This document shows, piece by piece, positions 17,931 to 26,734 of a DNA stretch of 64,000 nt; the first letter of the stretch is position 1; each line of letters begins with the position of its first letter. The position numbers and the translations under genes were made by a program. This DNA is from a virus: positions 1 to 64,000 of IMG/VR virus record IMGVR_UViG_3300036790_000317. The stretch is one strand, 5' to 3'. Under the pieces are notes generated by a model. That model saw nothing but the letters and a program-made list of their open reading frames with translations. It had not been told where the DNA came from and searched no databases.

Positions 17931-18126
17931 CCTGCCGTTCTCGGTATGGCAGCCCGGCGCTCCGATGGCAGCCTGGGCACCCGAGGTGCCGGCCAAGGCA
18001 TGGCAGGCCCAGGTCCTGGGTGGCATGCTGAACGTGCTGATCGTGACCGGGCCTGCCATCCAGGACGAGGGCGGCAGTGCAATCCTCGATGAGGGTGGCG
18101 GTAACATCGAGACGGAAGGCTACTGA
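17914..18126 (+). CDS. hypothetical virion-associated protein
   Basis: IQDEGG/ILDEGG repeat; stop overlaps next ATG. Confidence 0.45.
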   Translation: MNVTVSLPFSVWQPGAPMAAWAPEVPAKAWQAQVLGGMLNVLIVTGPAIQDEGGSAILDEGGGNIETEGY

Positions 18127-21100
18127 TGGGCAAGATCAGTCAGTATGCCTCGCTCACGGACGTCGAAGACGACGATCTGCTCGTCGTGGTCGATGTTAAT
18201 GACACGTCGATGGCAGCTTCGGGCACGACGAAGAAGATGACCATCGGCCAGCTGCCCGGCGGGAGTGGCGCGGTTGCCTCGGTGTTCGGCCGTACCGGCA
18301 CGGTCACGGCGCAGTCCGGTGACTACACCGCCGCCCAGGTTGGCGCACTCTCGGCGGCTAGTGGCGGCACGATCAGCGGGCCAGTATCGGTCAGCGTCAA
18401 TACCACGGCTAGCGGGCTTATCGTCGCTAACGCCCACACGACTCCCACCTCTCCGGCTGTACAGATTCAGTCGGCGGCATCAGGAGACCAGGCGTTCGGG
18501 GTCATCAACTCGACCGACACTAACCAGCGTTTCTATATTGACAGCGCTGGCGGTCTCCACTGGGGTAGCGGCTCGGCGGTGCCGGACACGGGCGTGAGCC
18601 GGAGCAGCCCCGGCCGGCTATCAACGGGCTCCCTGTTCCTGACTACCTCCCTTGCTGCCGGTAAGGTTCTTTCGGTCACCAACCAGGCGTCCGCCCCAAC
18701 CAGCTCCAGCACTCAGTTCACCGCCGCTGCGGCGGCTGACAATACCCTCGGTATCGCCGTCAGCGGTGATGCGAACAACCGGCTCGGGATCGACTCCAAC
18801 GGCAAGCACACCTGGGGAACCGGGGCGGCCGGCGGCGACACCAACCTCTACCGCGGATCAGCCGGGGTTCTGCAGACCGATCAGAGCTTCCAGGCGAGCA
18901 GCGGATTCATCTCTGCTTCGCGCCTTGTTCCCACCGGCATTACCGGTGCCACCGCGGCTAGCCGGTACGTAGGTGCCACAACTGGCGGCGCGCCCGTAAC
19001 CGGCACCTTCCTGGTTGGTGACTTCGTCATTGGCCAGACCGGTAAAATCTTCATCTGCACTACCGCTGGATCACCTGGCACATGGACGCAGGCCGGGGGG
19101 ACTGTCGCCTCGGTCTTCGGCAGGAGCGGTGTAGTCACAGCCCAGACCGGCGACTACACGGCAGCACAGGTAGGCGCTGTTCCGCTGCCGGCGTGGCTGT
19201 TCGATGTTACCGCCTACGGCGCTGCGGGCAACGGCCAGGTCATCACCGACGGGGCTATCACCGGTGGCCAGCCGACGCTAACGACCGTGGGCCTGGCAGC
19301 ACCCTCGGCACCTACACTGGCCCACGCAGGCTCCGGCGGCACGATCCTTGCCGGTACGTACCAGGCTGAGATTACCTACGTTAATGCCTACGGCGAGACG
19401 ACGGCCTCATCGTCGACGTCCGTGACGACGACCGGCAGTGGCTCGACCATCACGGTAGACTCACCAGCGCTCAGCGGTAATGCCACCGGCTTTTACGCGT
19501 ACGTCACCCAGGCCGGGGGCAGTACGTACACCCGGCAGCAGGCTCCCGGGTCGCCGACGGTCATCGGCCAGAACTTCATCCTGACAGCGCCGCCGACTAG
19601 TTCGGGCGCCAGCCTGCCGGGTAGCAACACGACCCCGTCCAACCCGTTCCAGGCCGGTGACGTTGGCAAGCCGGTCATTGTTAACGGCGCTGGTGGTACG
19701 TCCGTTGCCCAGGTGCTCACGATCTCGGCGTTTAACGGCGCAGGCTCCGTTACCCTGAGCGGTAACGCGGTGACGACGGTCACCGGGGCGGCATGCTTCT
19801 GGGGCACCGATGACACCACTGCCATCCAGGCTGCCGTCAACGCCGCTGGCGCGTACCTGCTAACCCACCCGGTGGCCCGGGTCTACCTCCCGCAGGCACC
19901 TGGTGGCCTGTTTTACATGGTTGCCGGGGCCATCAACAACACGGGCCTCGCCAACGCGCAGATCGTTCTCCCGAACCCGCCGGTCAGCATCCAGCAGGGA
20001 ACGCTCGAAATTGTCGCGGACACGCCCACGCCACTACCTATGTGGACTGGCCAGATACCACAGGCATGGGGCGCGATCGTGTCGACGGGGGTGTTTGCCA
20101 GCACCGCTGCGCAGGTCAGCAACAACACCACCTACGACACCCCGGCCGCGGTCATCGGGTCAACGCCAGCCTCGGCGGCGCTGCTCACCCAGGTCGACTC
20201 GCTTCCGGCGTTTGCAAACATCAACGTAATCGTTGAGAACCTGACCGTCGTCACCCCGCAGTCTGACCAGGCCAGCAACTATAACGCCGTGTCACTGAAG
20301 GGCTGTGCCAAGGGCACGTTCCGCAACTGCACGGCACTGATTACCGCGAACTACCTTACCGCGTCAGGACCGAACGAGTTCCCCGTCATCAGCCACCTGA
20401 TCAACGGCCTGTCGGCCGGTTTCGTCCTGCCGGGCAACGGGAACAACGCGGTTGCGAACGCTTACGACTGCACCGTGTCCGGCTACACGTTCGGCGCAAT
20501 CCTTGCTGAGCAGGGCGTCCTGCAAGACGCTCTGATAGTGGGCTGCGGATGGGGATTCCAGTTGTCCGGCGCGGACCCGACGCCGGGCGAGCATCTCATC
20601 CGCGTCCGCGCCAGCGTCCAGAAGTGCTACAACGTTGTCTGGGTGCAGGGCACCGGCTCACCGTCGTTCTCTGTTGACGCCGACCTCGACATGGAGTCGT
20701 TGTCGAACAACGCCAGCACGTTCATCCAGGACTCCAACAGCGGCGCTGGTCTCGCGAGTCTTGGTGGCGAAATCCGCTGCTACGGGAACTTCAACCTGCA
20801 GATCTTCCCGCCGAAACGCCCGCTGTACGTAAAGATCAAGAACAAGCAGCTGGCGGGCAAGGTACCCGGCTACATTGCCGCGTACACTGGGTTCAGTACC
20901 GCCGGGACGACGGTGCCGGTGCAGAACCCGTACTGGGACGACGTCATCGTAGAATTCTCGGGCAGCACGATCACGGACGTCAGCCGCGGCGTTACCTACG
21001 GTGGCACCGGCGGGTCGGCATCGACCGCGCCGTCCATGACAAGCACCGGCCTTGCCGGGTCGGGGTCTGTTACCTGGCACAGTGGCGAGTGGATGTCGTT

Positions 21101-21146
21101 TGCCTTCAGCGGTTCCCCGGTATGGAACATCAGCGTGCCGGCATGA
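18126..21146 (+). CDS. fibre/spike protein with pectin-lyase-like beta-helix
   Basis: two VASVFGRxGxVTAQxGDYTAAQVGA repeats; FDVTAYGAAGNG and DDTTAIQAAVNAA. Confidence 0.75.
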   Translation: MGKISQYASLTDVEDDDLLVVVDVNDTSMAASGTTKKMTIGQLPGGSGAVASVFGRTGTVTAQSGDYTAAQVGALSAASGGTISGPVSVSVNTTASGLIVANAHTTPTSPAVQIQSAASGDQAFGVINSTDTNQRFYIDSAGGLHWGSGSAVPDTGVSRSSPGRLSTGSLFLTTSLAAGKVLSVTNQASAPTSSSTQFTAAAAADNTLGIAVSGDANNRLGIDSNGKHTWGTGAAGGDTNLYRGSAGVLQTDQSFQASSGFISASRLVPTGITGATAASRYVGATTGGAPVTGTFLVGDFVIGQTGKIFICTTAGSPGTWTQAGGTVASVFGRSGVVTAQTGDYTAAQVGAVPLPAWLFDVTAYGAAGNGQVITDGAITGGQPTLTTVGLAAPSAPTLAHAGSGGTILAGTYQAEITYVNAYGETTASSSTSVTTTGSGSTITVDSPALSGNATGFYAYVTQAGGSTYTRQQAPGSPTVIGQNFILTAPPTSSGASLPGSNTTPSNPFQAGDVGKPVIVNGAGGTSVAQVLTISAFNGAGSVTLSGNAVTTVTGAACFWGTDDTTAIQAAVNAAGAYLLTHPVARVYLPQAPGGLFYMVAGAINNTGLANAQIVLPNPPVSIQQGTLEIVADTPTPLPMWTGQIPQAWGAIVSTGVFASTAAQVSNNTTYDTPAAVIGSTPASAALLTQVDSLPAFANINVIVENLTVVTPQSDQASNYNAVSLKGCAKGTFRNCTALITANYLTASGPNEFPVISHLINGLSAGFVLPGNGNNAVANAYDCTVSGYTFGAILAEQGVLQDALIVGCGWGFQLSGADPTPGEHLIRVRASVQKCYNVVWVQGTGSPSFSVDADLDMESLSNNASTFIQDSNSGAGLASLGGEIRCYGNFNLQIFPPKRPLYVKIKNKQLAGKVPGYIAAYTGFSTAGTTVPVQNPYWDDVIVEFSGSTITDVSRGVTYGGTGGSASTAPSMTSTGLAGSGSVTWHSGEWMSFAFSGSPVWNISVPA

Positions 21147-21155
21147 GGGAGCAGC

Positions 21156-21473
21156 ATGCTGGCTGACATGACGATTGCTGCCGTTTCGACGGAGTACGTG
21201 AACGTCCCCGTCCAGGTTACGGTAAATGGCGAGCCGTACGACCCGACCGGCGACGTGGTGCAGTTCGCGTTTGTGCCGGGCAGCGCCCAGCCCGTGACGT
21301 GGTATTCCGGCTCGTGGGTAACGACCGTGCAGGGTGGCTACATTGCGCAGTGCCTTGTCGGCCCGGAAAACTCGGGCGTCGTGCTTGCGCCGGGGGCATA
21401 CACGGTCTGGATCATGATCACTGACGACCCGGAGGTGCCGGTACTGCCGGCCGGGAACCTCGCCGTTACGTAG
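21156..21473 (+). CDS. Ig-like virion protein
   Basis: beta-rich; GAYTVWIMITDDPEVPV. Confidence 0.6.
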   Translation: MLADMTIAAVSTEYVNVPVQVTVNGEPYDPTGDVVQFAFVPGSAQPVTWYSGSWVTTVQGGYIAQCLVGPENSGVVLAPGAYTVWIMITDDPEVPVLPAGNLAVT

Positions 21474-21479
21474 GAGCAC

Positions 21480-22178
21480 ATGGCAACCTCGGCCAATGAA
21501 ACCAATGTCCCGTATCAGTTTGATGCCCCGGTTACGATCTCGGGCCTGACCGGCACCCCGTTCCGGTTTGCCGGCGCGACGGGGAGCGGGCCTCCGCTGG
21601 CGGGGCTGTTCGCGCAGAATGATGCCGTCTTCGATCAGACCGGGAACTGGTGGGTGTGCGCGACGGCCGGGACACCCGGGTCGTGGGTGTCGTTTGCCGC
21701 GAACGCCGTAACGGCAACGGCTCCCGTCTCCGGCCGGTTCCTGTGCCCGCCGGTGGTGTACGCCACGGCTACGAACCTTACCGTGGCAAACGCGACGTTT
21801 GCCGCCATCGCCAGTGGCAGCCTTTACACCGGCACCTTTACTGCTCCGGCGTCAGGCAGCGTCCTCGTGTCCGTGTCACTTCTCGCCGGGGCAAGTGCTA
21901 CTGCCTCGGCCGTGGCGTGGGGGCTTGCCCGGACCGGGACCGCCGGGACCGTCATCGGCACCGCCATCGTTCACCGGCCTCAGAGCGCCGGCATCACGGG
22001 CCCGATGTCTCTCCTGTTCCCGCTTGGCAGCCTCAGTGGGTCGTACTGCCTGGACCTGATGTGGGCTGCTCAGGCCTCGGGTACTGGCAGCGTCACCATC
22101 GGAACTGTGCAAACGGGGACAGCTCCGGTGATGACAGCACCGGCTGCCCCGGCTGTCGTAACCGTCGAAGCTGTATGA
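21480..22178 (+). CDS. virion decoration/fibre protein
   Basis: shares modules with the 18126 and 34709 proteins. Confidence 0.6.
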   Translation: MATSANETNVPYQFDAPVTISGLTGTPFRFAGATGSGPPLAGLFAQNDAVFDQTGNWWVCATAGTPGSWVSFAANAVTATAPVSGRFLCPPVVYATATNLTVANATFAAIASGSLYTGTFTAPASGSVLVSVSLLAGASATASAVAWGLARTGTAGTVIGTAIVHRPQSAGITGPMSLLFPLGSLSGSYCLDLMWAAQASGTGSVTIGTVQTGTAPVMTAPAAPAVVTVEAV

Positions 22179-22185
22179 TGCTTCT

Positions 22186-22557
22186 GTGAGCTGGGACGAG
22201 CTTTCTGAGGACGACAGGAAACTTGTCCGGGACAGTTTTGCCAGTGGCAAGGGCGTCTGCCAGCACTGTGGCGGGATTCACCTGCGCGCCTGCCCGCGCA
22301 TCCGGCGGATCGTGTTCCGCAAGGCGGATGAGGTTGCCGAGGTCGAGTTCTGGCCGCAGAGCATGATCAGCTGGCCCGAGGGCATTATCTGGCCCGAGGA
22401 CGTAGAGCCGGAGGAGACAGCCGGTGGGAGTGAACCCGGGCGGCCCGATGCGCCGGCTGCCGTCGAAGCCCGGCAAGGCGAAGAAGCCGAAGAAGCCGAT
22501 GACCAAGGCCCAGTACAAGGCCTACCTGCATTACCTGCAGACCCACCGCGCGCTTGA
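22186..22557 (+). CDS. Zn-finger hypothetical protein
   Basis: CQHCGGIHLRAC. Confidence 0.5.
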   Translation: MSWDELSEDDRKLVRDSFASGKGVCQHCGGIHLRACPRIRRIVFRKADEVAEVEFWPQSMISWPEGIIWPEDVEPEETAGGSEPGRPDAPAAVEARQGEEAEEADDQGPVQGLPALPADPPRA

Positions 22558-23017
22558 CGCGCAGAAGAAGAAGCAGGGGATAGCTGCCGCGGCCGCCTCG
22601 AAGCGCGGGGCGGTCATGCCGTCGTTCGTGGCGAAGAGCTACGGCCGGGACTGCACCTGGGTCATGGGCGAGAATGACCGCATCGAGACGTGCGCCATGA
22701 CCGCGCTTGCTAACCATCAGGTACTCACGGGGATAAGCCGCCCTGAAGATGAGGAAATCACCGCCGCCGGTACCGGCCTCAGTGTTACGGAAGCGCTGGC
22801 GTACGCAGATGATTTCGGCCTCGGTGGGCATGAACTTGCCATGTGGGAGATGACGGACCCGGAAGGCACAGGGCACGGCGCCGTCATTGGGTTTGACACC
22901 CCGTACGGGCCGCATACCGGACTGTACCTCGGGCGCGGGATAGCCGTGTCCTGGGGCCGGCTCATCAAGCTCGGCAGCACGAAGATTGACGAGGCCTGGA
23001 TGATCGGCTGGAGGTAA
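22448..23017 (+). CDS. possible papain-like cysteine peptidase with basic N-terminus
   Basis: NDRIETC...GPH...VSWG order resembles Cys/His papain-like folds. Confidence 0.4.
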   Translation: MRRLPSKPGKAKKPKKPMTKAQYKAYLHYLQTHRALDAQKKKQGIAAAAASKRGAVMPSFVAKSYGRDCTWVMGENDRIETCAMTALANHQVLTGISRPEDEEITAAGTGLSVTEALAYADDFGLGGHELAMWEMTDPEGTGHGAVIGFDTPYGPHTGLYLGRGIAVSWGRLIKLGSTKIDEAWMIGWR

Positions 23018-23020
23018 TCT

Positions 23021-26000
23021 GTGGCAGGCTCCCGCTCCGTGGCTGGCGGGCTGAGGGCTGCACAGACCCATGCACAGAGCAGCGCTGGCCAGTCATCACC
23101 GCACCCGAGCTACGTGTCTCCGCTGCTCGGGCAGTACGCCCAGTGGACGATGGGACGGCAGTCACAGCTCAACTCGCTGCCACGTGACCCGCTGGATTTC
23201 CTGACCGGCGCATTCGGGCCGCTGGCGCCGATCAAGCCAATCGGTGTTGACCAGCCGCCCAAGGACTCGGAACGCCCTGAGCCTCGGCGCTGGCAGTACC
23301 CGGTTGCCTGGAACATGCCGGTCGGCGTGCCGGGGTCCGAAGGCCTCAAGCTCGCGGACTTCGCGACCCTTCGCTTGTACAGCGAAATTTACTCGGTCGC
23401 CAGAGCGTGTGTCCAGCTTCGCAAGGACGAAATCCTCGGTATCGGCTGGGACATCGGCCCGACGAATGACGCCTCGAAGGCGATGCGGAACGACCGCGTT
23501 GCCCGCAAGGACTTCGGTGAGCGGCGGGCGGAGCTGCTCCGGTTCTTCCGGCGGCCGGATCCCAACTACAACGACTTCACGACGTGGCTGGAAGCTGTTC
23601 TTGAGGACATCCTGGTCGTTGATGCCCTATCGATTTACCTGCACCCGGCACGGCTGCCCGGGAAGGGCATCCTCGGAAGCGATCTTGCTGCCCTCGATCT
23701 TATTGCCGGAGACACGATCCGGCCTCTGCTTGACCTGCGCGGCGGCAGCCCGGCCCCGCCTAATCCCGCCTACCAGCAGTACCTCTACGGGGTTCCCCGG
23801 TCAGACATGATGACCATCCTCACGGGCGAGGACGTCAAGGACATGGATGCTCCGGCGCATACGTATCGCGGTGACCAGCTGCTCTACCTGCCGCGGAACC
23901 CCCGGTCGTGGACGCCGTACGGGCAGTCTCCGCTAGAGCGGTGCATCGTCCCCGTTATCACGGGGCTCAGAAGACAACAGTATCAAATGGATTTCTACCT
24001 TGAGGGGTGCCATGATCATCTTTCAGAAATCCTTACTAGACAGGGCTGGAAGCGCTTCGAAAAGCTAGATGATAATGACGAGGTAGCTACTCTCTCGGCA
24101 GCCGGTGCTTTTGAATGGCAGCAGCCTTCAGAGCGCCAGTGCTATGCGTTTAATGGCAACTTGCTGCATTTTAAGAGCAAGTCCATGGACCTCATGGTCA
24201 CGCCAAATCATCGTATGTATGCCAGGCGCAAGCCGCAGAAGAAGCAAGCTAGCTTCACCCGCTGGAACAGCTGGCACTTCCGTGAGGCAAACTATTTCGC
24301 GGAACACCCGTCAGCGTATTTCGAACTTCCGGCAGCATCTGAGTGGCGAGGTACTGAGGCGCCAGCAGAATTTACGCTCCCCGGTATGCCTGAGCGGCGT
24401 TTGCATTCACACGGGAATCCGCGGCGGGCGTGGTCCGAAATCAAGATTCCGATGCCGGCATTCTGCAAGTTTCTCGGACTTTACATCGCTGAGGGCTGGA
24501 CGCAGCAGGCTGGTAGCAGCGATAAAGATCACAGCATGATTTTTATCGCGCAGGTGGCGACGTCCAGGCACCTGCATGAGATGCAGGAAGCCCTGGCTGC
24601 TCTCGGGCTTTCTTACGGTTATGACGCCGTGAACTCCAAGTTCATGATCACGAACCTGCCGCTGGCTCGCTGGCTGCGTGAGAACTGCGGGTTCTACTCG
24701 TACGACAAGCATGTTCCAGATGGCTACAAGGACCTAGCACCCGAACTGCTGGAGCAGCTTCTCCGTGGCCTGATGATCGGTGATGGTTTCTGGGGCAACG
24801 GCCACCGGAATCAGCTGAATACACGCCACTACACGACCTGCAGCCGGCAGCTTGCTGATGACGTGCAGGAGATTTTCCAGAAACTCGGTAGCAACGCCTG
24901 GATCGATGAAAACGAGCCTACGGCCGGTAAATACGCAGGCCAGAAGACTAAGCGCATCATATACGTCGTTCACGAACGCCAGGCCAAGACGCTCCTGGTC
25001 CAGCGCCCTGTCCTGGCTGAATACCACGGCAATGTTTACTGCGTAACGGTGCCGAACGGCGTGGTACTGACCCGGCGGAACGGCAAGCTCGCCTGGACGG
25101 GGAACTCTATCCCGGGGATGTTCCTGTCTGTCGGAGACCCGGACATGACCCCGAACCAGATGCGCGAGTTCCAGGACACGATGAACGCTCTCGCAGGTGA
25201 TCAGGCCTGGAAGCATAAGATCGTCGTCGTCCCTGCCGGGTCGAAGTTCGATCCGATGAAACCACCGGAGCTGTCTGACCAGACCGACGAGGTCCTGATG
25301 ACCCAGGTCCTCATGGCGTACTCGGTCATGCCGATGGAACTCGGCATCCTGCCGAAGATCGCCGCGACGCAGACGCCCTCGGCAGCCATGCAGATGGCCA
25401 AGGCGCAGCAGGACATCACGGAGCGGAAGACGCTCAAGCCAGACCTGCTATGGCTGAAGAACGCCCTGTTTGACAAGGTCATCCAGGGCGTCTGCGGGCA
25501 GCATGATATGGAATGGCGCTGGGACGGGCTCGAGGAAGACAAGGACGAGCTGACCGCGACTAACCTGCTCACCGAGCAGATCTCGTTCGGCCTTACATCG
25601 ATTGACGAGGCACGGATCGAGATCGGCCGGGACCCGTGGGGCCTGGAGATCACGCAAGATCCTGGGTGGGCAACCGCCGCGGGCTTCCTCCCGCTGGGCG
25701 CGATCAACCCGGACACCGGAATGCCACGCGCGACCGAGGGCCTGCAGCCAAACGGCGTGCCGGCGATTCCGGGCAGCCCGGCAGGTTCTAGCAGGTCTGG
25801 GACAGCCAAGCCAGGGCAGGGATCTCCCAGTGGCCCGATGAAGCGGCCGGCGAGCAGCACCCAGCCGAACGAGAAGCCGCTGGGACGGCGCCCGCAGAGC
25901 CCCGGGCATGATGCTGCTGCTGCTGGTGAGGCGTCGAACCGGGCAAAGCCTCGCCCGGCGCCGAAGGCGGCCATGGCGGAGCTGGATGCCCTGTGCCGGC

Positions 26001-26734
26001 ATCTGCGCAAGGGGCGGGAGATCACGACCTGGGAGGCGCGGCACCTGCCTGAGAGCATCCTCGCGAAGATGTCTGAGGGACTTGCCGGCGGGCTGACGCT
26101 AGAAACCGTGGCCGCGATCGCGCAGACCGGGATCAGCAAGATCATCGACGGCGAGGCGCTCAAGTCGGTCTATGAGCAGTGGGATGAGGACGTCGTGCCA
26201 GACACGACCGGCATCGACCCGGAGTGGGCAGACAATGACCCGGGTGGCGCACCGCAGCCTGGAGGGCTACCCGTGAAGCCACCGAGGAAGCCGGTCAGGA
26301 AATCAGGTAACGCTGCATATAAGGTCGCTAACCAGCTCGAAGAAGACTACCCGGATCAGAGCCTCGCATGGGTACTGCACGACGTGGAGTCGTGGACGGG
26401 ACCTGTCGAGGTACCGCTGGAGAAGATCGACTTCGATAACCGGCAGAAGTGGAACGCCTGGCACGAACGGGACCGGATCCGGCAGATTGCCGCGAAGCAG
26501 GCCCGCAAGGAAAGCCGGGGCAAGCACCTGAAGCCGGCCGTGATGGTGCAGGTGCCTGGTAAGGAAGAATACCGGGTCATCGACGGGCATCACCGCTCAC
26601 TGGCAGGGCTGCACAACGGCAAGCCTGTCTGGGCGTGGGTGGGGAAGACGAGCAAGGTCAAGGGCCCGTGGGATGAATTCCATGCCTTCCAGCGCACCGA
26701 GGGCTCAGGCGGCAGTGAGTTTGCCGCAGCATGA
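23021..26734 (+). CDS. portal protein with intein and C-terminal ParB-like domain
   Basis: position after TerL; PYGQSPLE, SIDEAR; intein; IDGHHR. Confidence 0.9.
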   Translation: MAGSRSVAGGLRAAQTHAQSSAGQSSPHPSYVSPLLGQYAQWTMGRQSQLNSLPRDPLDFLTGAFGPLAPIKPIGVDQPPKDSERPEPRRWQYPVAWNMPVGVPGSEGLKLADFATLRLYSEIYSVARACVQLRKDEILGIGWDIGPTNDASKAMRNDRVARKDFGERRAELLRFFRRPDPNYNDFTTWLEAVLEDILVVDALSIYLHPARLPGKGILGSDLAALDLIAGDTIRPLLDLRGGSPAPPNPAYQQYLYGVPRSDMMTILTGEDVKDMDAPAHTYRGDQLLYLPRNPRSWTPYGQSPLERCIVPVITGLRRQQYQMDFYLEGCHDHLSEILTRQGWKRFEKLDDNDEVATLSAAGAFEWQQPSERQCYAFNGNLLHFKSKSMDLMVTPNHRMYARRKPQKKQASFTRWNSWHFREANYFAEHPSAYFELPAASEWRGTEAPAEFTLPGMPERRLHSHGNPRRAWSEIKIPMPAFCKFLGLYIAEGWTQQAGSSDKDHSMIFIAQVATSRHLHEMQEALAALGLSYGYDAVNSKFMITNLPLARWLRENCGFYSYDKHVPDGYKDLAPELLEQLLRGLMIGDGFWGNGHRNQLNTRHYTTCSRQLADDVQEIFQKLGSNAWIDENEPTAGKYAGQKTKRIIYVVHERQAKTLLVQRPVLAEYHGNVYCVTVPNGVVLTRRNGKLAWTGNSIPGMFLSVGDPDMTPNQMREFQDTMNALAGDQAWKHKIVVVPAGSKFDPMKPPELSDQTDEVLMTQVLMAYSVMPMELGILPKIAATQTPSAAMQMAKAQQDITERKTLKPDLLWLKNALFDKVIQGVCGQHDMEWRWDGLEEDKDELTATNLLTEQISFGLTSIDEARIEIGRDPWGLEITQDPGWATAAGFLPLGAINPDTGMPRATEGLQPNGVPAIPGSPAGSSRSGTAKPGQGSPSGPMKRPASSTQPNEKPLGRRPQSPGHDAAAAGEASNRAKPRPAPKAAMAELDALCRHLRKGREITTWEARHLPESILAKMSEGLAGGLTLETVAAIAQTGISKIIDGEALKSVYEQWDEDVVPDTTGIDPEWADNDPGGAPQPGGLPVKPPRKPVRKSGNAAYKVANQLEEDYPDQSLAWVLHDVESWTGPVEVPLEKIDFDNRQKWNAWHERDRIRQIAAKQARKESRGKHLKPAVMVQVPGKEEYRVIDGHHRSLAGLHNGKPVWAWVGKTSKVKGPWDEFHAFQRTEGSGGSEFAAA
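24008..25105 (+). mobile_element. intein with LAGLIDADG homing endonuclease (366 aa)
   Basis: C1 CHDHLSEILTRQGWK, block B VTPNHRM, FLGLYIAEG and LLRGLMIGDG, VYCVTV...WTGN|S; lower GC. Confidence 0.92.
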
